Assembly (NCBI GenBank): GCA_905178155.1
Contig: CAJINV010000007.1
Span: 1,062,627 to 1,126,626 of the forward strand
Reading direction: 5' to 3'
DNA: 64,000 bases
From: Amoebophrya sp. A120
Taxonomy: Eukaryota; Protista; Dinoflagellata
Part shown: positions 60,276 to 64,000 of the stretch, in pieces
Layout of the letters: every line of letters begins with the position of its first letter
Numbering within the stretch: the stretch's first letter is position 1
The notes under the pieces: model-generated
What the model saw: only the letters and a program-made list of their open reading frames with translations
The model's database searches: none
Told to the model about the DNA's origin: nothing
Position numbers and translations under genes: made by a program

Positions 60276-62713
60276 TTAGTTCTTGTTCTTCGGGTGCTTC
60301 GGGCAGTTCGTCCGCCAGTGCAGCTCGCCGCACAGATCGCACTCGACGCAGCACGGGACGTTCGCGTCCTTGCACGCGGGAAACCCCCACTTCTCGTGCG
60401 TCTTCTGCCATCCCAAGCCCGCGAGGAAGCAATTCTTGCAGGCCTCCTTGTTGACAAAGAAGAAGTTGTGCGCCTCTTTCGCGTACTTCTTGCACAGGTC
60501 GGTCCACACGCGGTTCGCGGCGGCCCTGATCGATGAGAGTAACGAAGCTCGAAGATCCGATGAGAAAATGATGATTGGAAATGACAACGAATGATGCAAA
60601 AGCGCGCGGAGAAAAGGGTAGCAATGATTAGGAATAGAGTACTTATCTTTGCCGCAGGCTTTGATCTTGCCCGCCACGTACTCCATGTCCTTGTCATTGC
60701 TGGAACCGGCGCTGTTGTTGCTGTTGTTGTTGTTGTTTTTTCCATTGCCGCCATTGCCACGGCCACGGCTGTTACCCCGGTTACGATTGTTGCTGCGGTC
60801 CCGACCGCGACTGCGGGATCTGTTACGCCCATTACTCCGATTACGATTGTTTTTGTTCTTGTTGTTTCCGTTTTTGTTGAACGAGGACGATGAAGCCCCG
60901 TGGTTACTGCTGTTGTTCCCACCCGACGGCCCGATAATCACAGAGGGGTCTTTCTGGTTGTCGAGCATGGATTGGAGGGTGCGGGGATTACAGAGATTTG
61001 TGGTGGCGGCCATCGTAAATTTCGGTTGATAATGCATCGTCCACAGTGTGAGACGATGCTCTTCGATGTCGCAACGAAATTTGACCTGAATTTTGAAACA
61101 TCAGATGGCCCTGATTCATGTGTTGATTATGCATGAGAAATACTTATGAGACAGAATAAAACCAAAACTACCTCACGGTGGAACATACGCAGCGTGTGGT
61201 AAATTGTGAAGGTCACGTTGCCCGGGATCGTGCACAGCGAGTTCACGGATGCTGAGCTCTTCACCGATTTTGGGGCGCATTGGTTGTAGAAATCGATATT
61301 GAACTGCAACATGAAGAGAAAGTGTTCGCAGCAGACCCACGTGTCGCTGCCTTTCTTGTAAAACGCTCCTACTTTTTCCAAGTAAGTCTTCAGCACGAAC
61401 ACGTTGCCGTTTTTCCCGAATAGCAGGTTGCTCCACTTCCAGTGCCTGCGGAATAGATAAGCAGAAGTTGACGGAGATGATGAAGAATATGATGCCAGAA
61501 AATGATTCGAGAAAGGTGGTGAAAAGGAGAACAAACCAAAGGATACTCTCCTTGTTTCTGCTGCGCTTTCTTCACGGCTTTCTTCACCACCTCGGCGGAA
61601 GCAGACGTGTTGTTCGCGAGCGAAATACTGGCCATGATCTGAGTATCCGTCATCTTGGTCAACTGTTCTTCATCGAAATTGGGACGCTTGATGTTGGCGA
61701 TTCCGTCCAACTTGCGCTTGTCAGTCATCTCGCACCACATCGGGAACCATTCGTATTTCGCCACGATTTCTGATTTAAAGTGCGAAATTTTAAATTGATG
61801 ATGATCGTTTGATTAGTGCGTGTCATGTGGTGCACGTGATTAGGAACCGAACGGCATGACATCAGAATACCTCCAACGAGCGCCTTGTCGCCTGAGGCTT
61901 TCGCGAGTGCGGCCTCGCAGATTTTCACCGTCGTTCCCAGTTGCTCTGTTTCACAAGTGTTGCACACGTGAGCTTCACCGGCGCCATCGTCGAAAAACCC
62001 CCACCACTTCTTGCTGTGATGTCGTTTGGTAAATATTGAGGTGCGCATGCAAGTTTGACATCGTGGCATGAGTAACGACAAAAGGGACTAACTTACATGG
62101 CTGCCACCGGTTTGATTTTCACGCAGTCGGAACACATGGCGGCCGGGCAGTTCAAAGAGTGTTTGCACACGTGCTTCATCTCGGCGACCGGCTTTTTGCA
62201 GGCACAGAAAGTGCAAGAGTACTCTGCCATTGCAACCCACAACGTCGGGTCGATTCCACGAGTGATTGGGGGCGGGGCCTGAGCTGCTGCGCCAGGCTGC
62301 TGCACGGGCGGCTGCTGCTGTCCATTCGGACCGACGGGGGGCGGAGTACCAGACATTGGGTTGGAATACAGCTCGGCGCGATTAGCGAGAGTAATGCGAA
62401 TCAAGTTTAGAATCTCTTCGTCTGGCGCACGCTGGGTGATGAGATCTACAAATTGCTCACGCCGTAATAGGAACGTACGTAAATCGAAACCCCTCTCGGA
62501 AGAGGCCGGGATGACTACGTCCAGATAAATTTGGTTCAGCACTAGTTGGTGTGTCAGCTCGACTGTGCCTGGACCGTGAAACGCCAGCAAAAACTCGAAG
62601 ATAGGGTTTTTCTCAGGGGTGTGGTGCTCGAACTTATTAAACGACGCGGGGGTAATATGCTGATAGAAGTAGTCGCTAATAATGCTGCACGGGAAAGTCT
62701 TGCTGTCCGACAT
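60276..62713 (-). CDS. Spliced Gag-like protein: PHD/ADD-like Cys finger, central domain, N/R/S-rich linker, C-terminal zinc knuckles
   Basis: Five ORF fragments fuse through GT-AG introns 62014-62096, 61770-61870, 61446-61546, 61086-61171 (plus probable in-frame 60526-60642). CTFC..CKHSLNC..CSDC..CNTC and CDLCGELHWRTNC. Confidence 0.72.
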
Positions 62714-62966
62714 GATCGCTGATTCTGTGATTTTGATTAACCAGGTGCTTGATAGGTATGATGGAGCTGAACATGGTTGTATTTTGTCTGATCTCGAAAA
62801 AAATGCGGCACGTTGGCACGCGAAAGGGACAGTGCAACCCGCGGGTCACACAGACATCCCGAGAGGATGAAAATTTTTTTATTTATTTCTGTTCTCGTAC
62901 GGACAAAAACAAACGATTCCGCGGGTGAAGAAAACCGCTTCACCTCGGTAGAGCTGCAGGAATGCT

Positions 62967-63653
62967 TTACTCAATCTCTCCCTCGGGCTCCGAAGCTTCA
63001 ACATCCGACTCCGCCATGAAGTTTCGCAAGTTGTGGAAGCGTTGGTTGCCCGCAGCGAAGATGATGATGAACTCGGAGAATTTGTACTTCACCTCGTGTA
63101 CCCTCGCGAGAAGCACAGACACCATGTCGTACGTGCGGGCGTCCCCCTGGAGCTGTGCCACGGAGACTTGCGGAATCCCCATACGCGAGATCATGGTGTC
63201 CTTGCAGAGCTGCGAAGCAGCGAACGCGGCGAGGAACTCCGAAACACACTGCAAGTCGGGGACGGTTCGCACCGTCAGCTTGCGGATCACCAGTTCGCGG
63301 ATCATCCTACGCTCGTTCGTATCGGACGAACGATCGAAAAAATGGGACACGACGGCGGCCCACGCGGACTCGATGACTCGGAAGATCTTGTTCCTACCGG
63401 GCACCTGATCCACTGCGAGATTGTTGCGCTCCGCAACGTTGTATTCGAACGGATGGACCGAGATTAGATTAATAGTCTGGAAAGATCGGGCGATTTCCCG
63501 ACCCCGAATTGCTGCATCGCGCGTGACGCCTGGCAGGTTGAAAGTCGCGTCGGCGGCGTTCTGCACGCGTGTCACTGGCTGTGCTTCCACTTGCTGTTGT
63601 CCGCTGCTGAAGAAAACCTCGAAGGCTTTCCGGAAGTCGGCGATGCTGGGCAT
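62967..63653 (-). CDS. Hypothetical protein in tyrosine-recombinase element
   Basis: 228-aa ORF whose ATG lies 1 nt after the stop of the upstream ORF. Confidence 0.55.
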   Translation of the reverse strand: MPSIADFRKAFEVFFSSGQQQVEAQPVTRVQNAADATFNLPGVTRDAAIRGREIARSFQTINLISVHPFEYNVAERNNLAVDQVPGRNKIFRVIESAWAAVVSHFFDRSSDTNERRMIRELVIRKLTVRTVPDLQCVSEFLAAFAASQLCKDTMISRMGIPQVSVAQLQGDARTYDMVSVLLARVHEVKYKFSEFIIIFAAGNQRFHNLRNFMAESDVEASEPEGEIE

Positions 63654-63654
63654 G

Positions 63655-64000
63655 TTAGCGTAGTGCTAAATCTAACAATTGCTTGTTCGAATTGATTTTG
63701 CTAGAGTACTTTTGGTACTCATGAGAGGACCAGTGAAAAACAATGGTCACAGATTTGTGAACAAGAACTACGACCGGTGGAATAAGTTTGTCAGCGTTTC
63801 TAGACCACAGGCTGACTGCCTCGTAGTCACAGATCTCCTTGTCAAACTTCGGGCGAATTTGTCCAATGTTGAAGGCGAAATAGAAAGCCTTGAAGTCTTG
63901 CCTCCACCGGTCTACTTTTCTCTGAGGCTGTAGCAGCGGTCGCGTGATGCGACGGATCTCGTGATGGATTAAAAGCAACGCTAGATCGCGTTGCGAGATA
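63655..64000 (-). CDS. Hypothetical protein, 5'-truncated by window edge
   Basis: Frame is open from the window end to TAA at 63655. Confidence 0.45.
   Translation of the reverse strand, partial: ISQRDLALLLIHHEIRRITRPLLQPQRKVDRWRQDFKAFYFAFNIGQIRPKFDKEICDYEAVSLWSRNADKLIPPVVVLVHKSVTIVFHWSSHEYQKYSSKINSNKQLLDLALR

Larger units (their letters stand above)
57073..64000 (-). mobile_element. Tyrosine-recombinase element (DIRS/VIPER/Crypton-like); boundaries unknown
   Basis: Compact co-oriented ORFs with Gag-like gene followed by YR, no introners, adjacent tandem array. Confidence 0.65.

Overview
Eukaryotic genomic scaffold, probably from the parasitic dinoflagellate Amoebophrya (Syndiniales). That is inferred from gene architecture only. 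Positions ~1.7-49 kb hold eight host genes, all on the minus strand: a coiled-coil protein, a hypothetical protein, succinyl-CoA synthetase beta, two tandem Bax-inhibitor-1/TMBIM paralogs, a Sulfotransfer_2-type sulfotransferase, a calpain-like protease with a coiled-coil tail, and a small secreted-type ORF. The first seven are broken by more than 60 MITE-like introners from at least 9 families. Most have terminal inverted repeats starting TAT and ending ATA, a 5-bp target-site duplication (TSD) and a shared internal TTGTNATGC motif. Removing the element plus 5 nt restores the protein in every case traced in the two fully traced genes (7/7 in SCS-beta, 12/12 in the sulfotransferase), with no fixed GT-AG and in either orientation. 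Extreme cases include a 1.8-kb fold-back intron, two introners 6 nt apart, nested elements, and an intron whose TSD has fully decayed. Positions ~50-64 kb are an introner-free mobile-element block: a low-complexity ORF running into an N-gap, a hairpin-dense non-coding region, a 92-bp tandem array, a DIRS/Crypton-type tyrosine recombinase, and a GT-AG-spliced PHD/zinc-knuckle Gag-like gene, with no reverse transcriptase in view. Introners of this general type are already reported from Amoebophrya, but their splicing mechanism is unresolved. All splicing calls here come from DNA and reading-frame logic, not RNA data.
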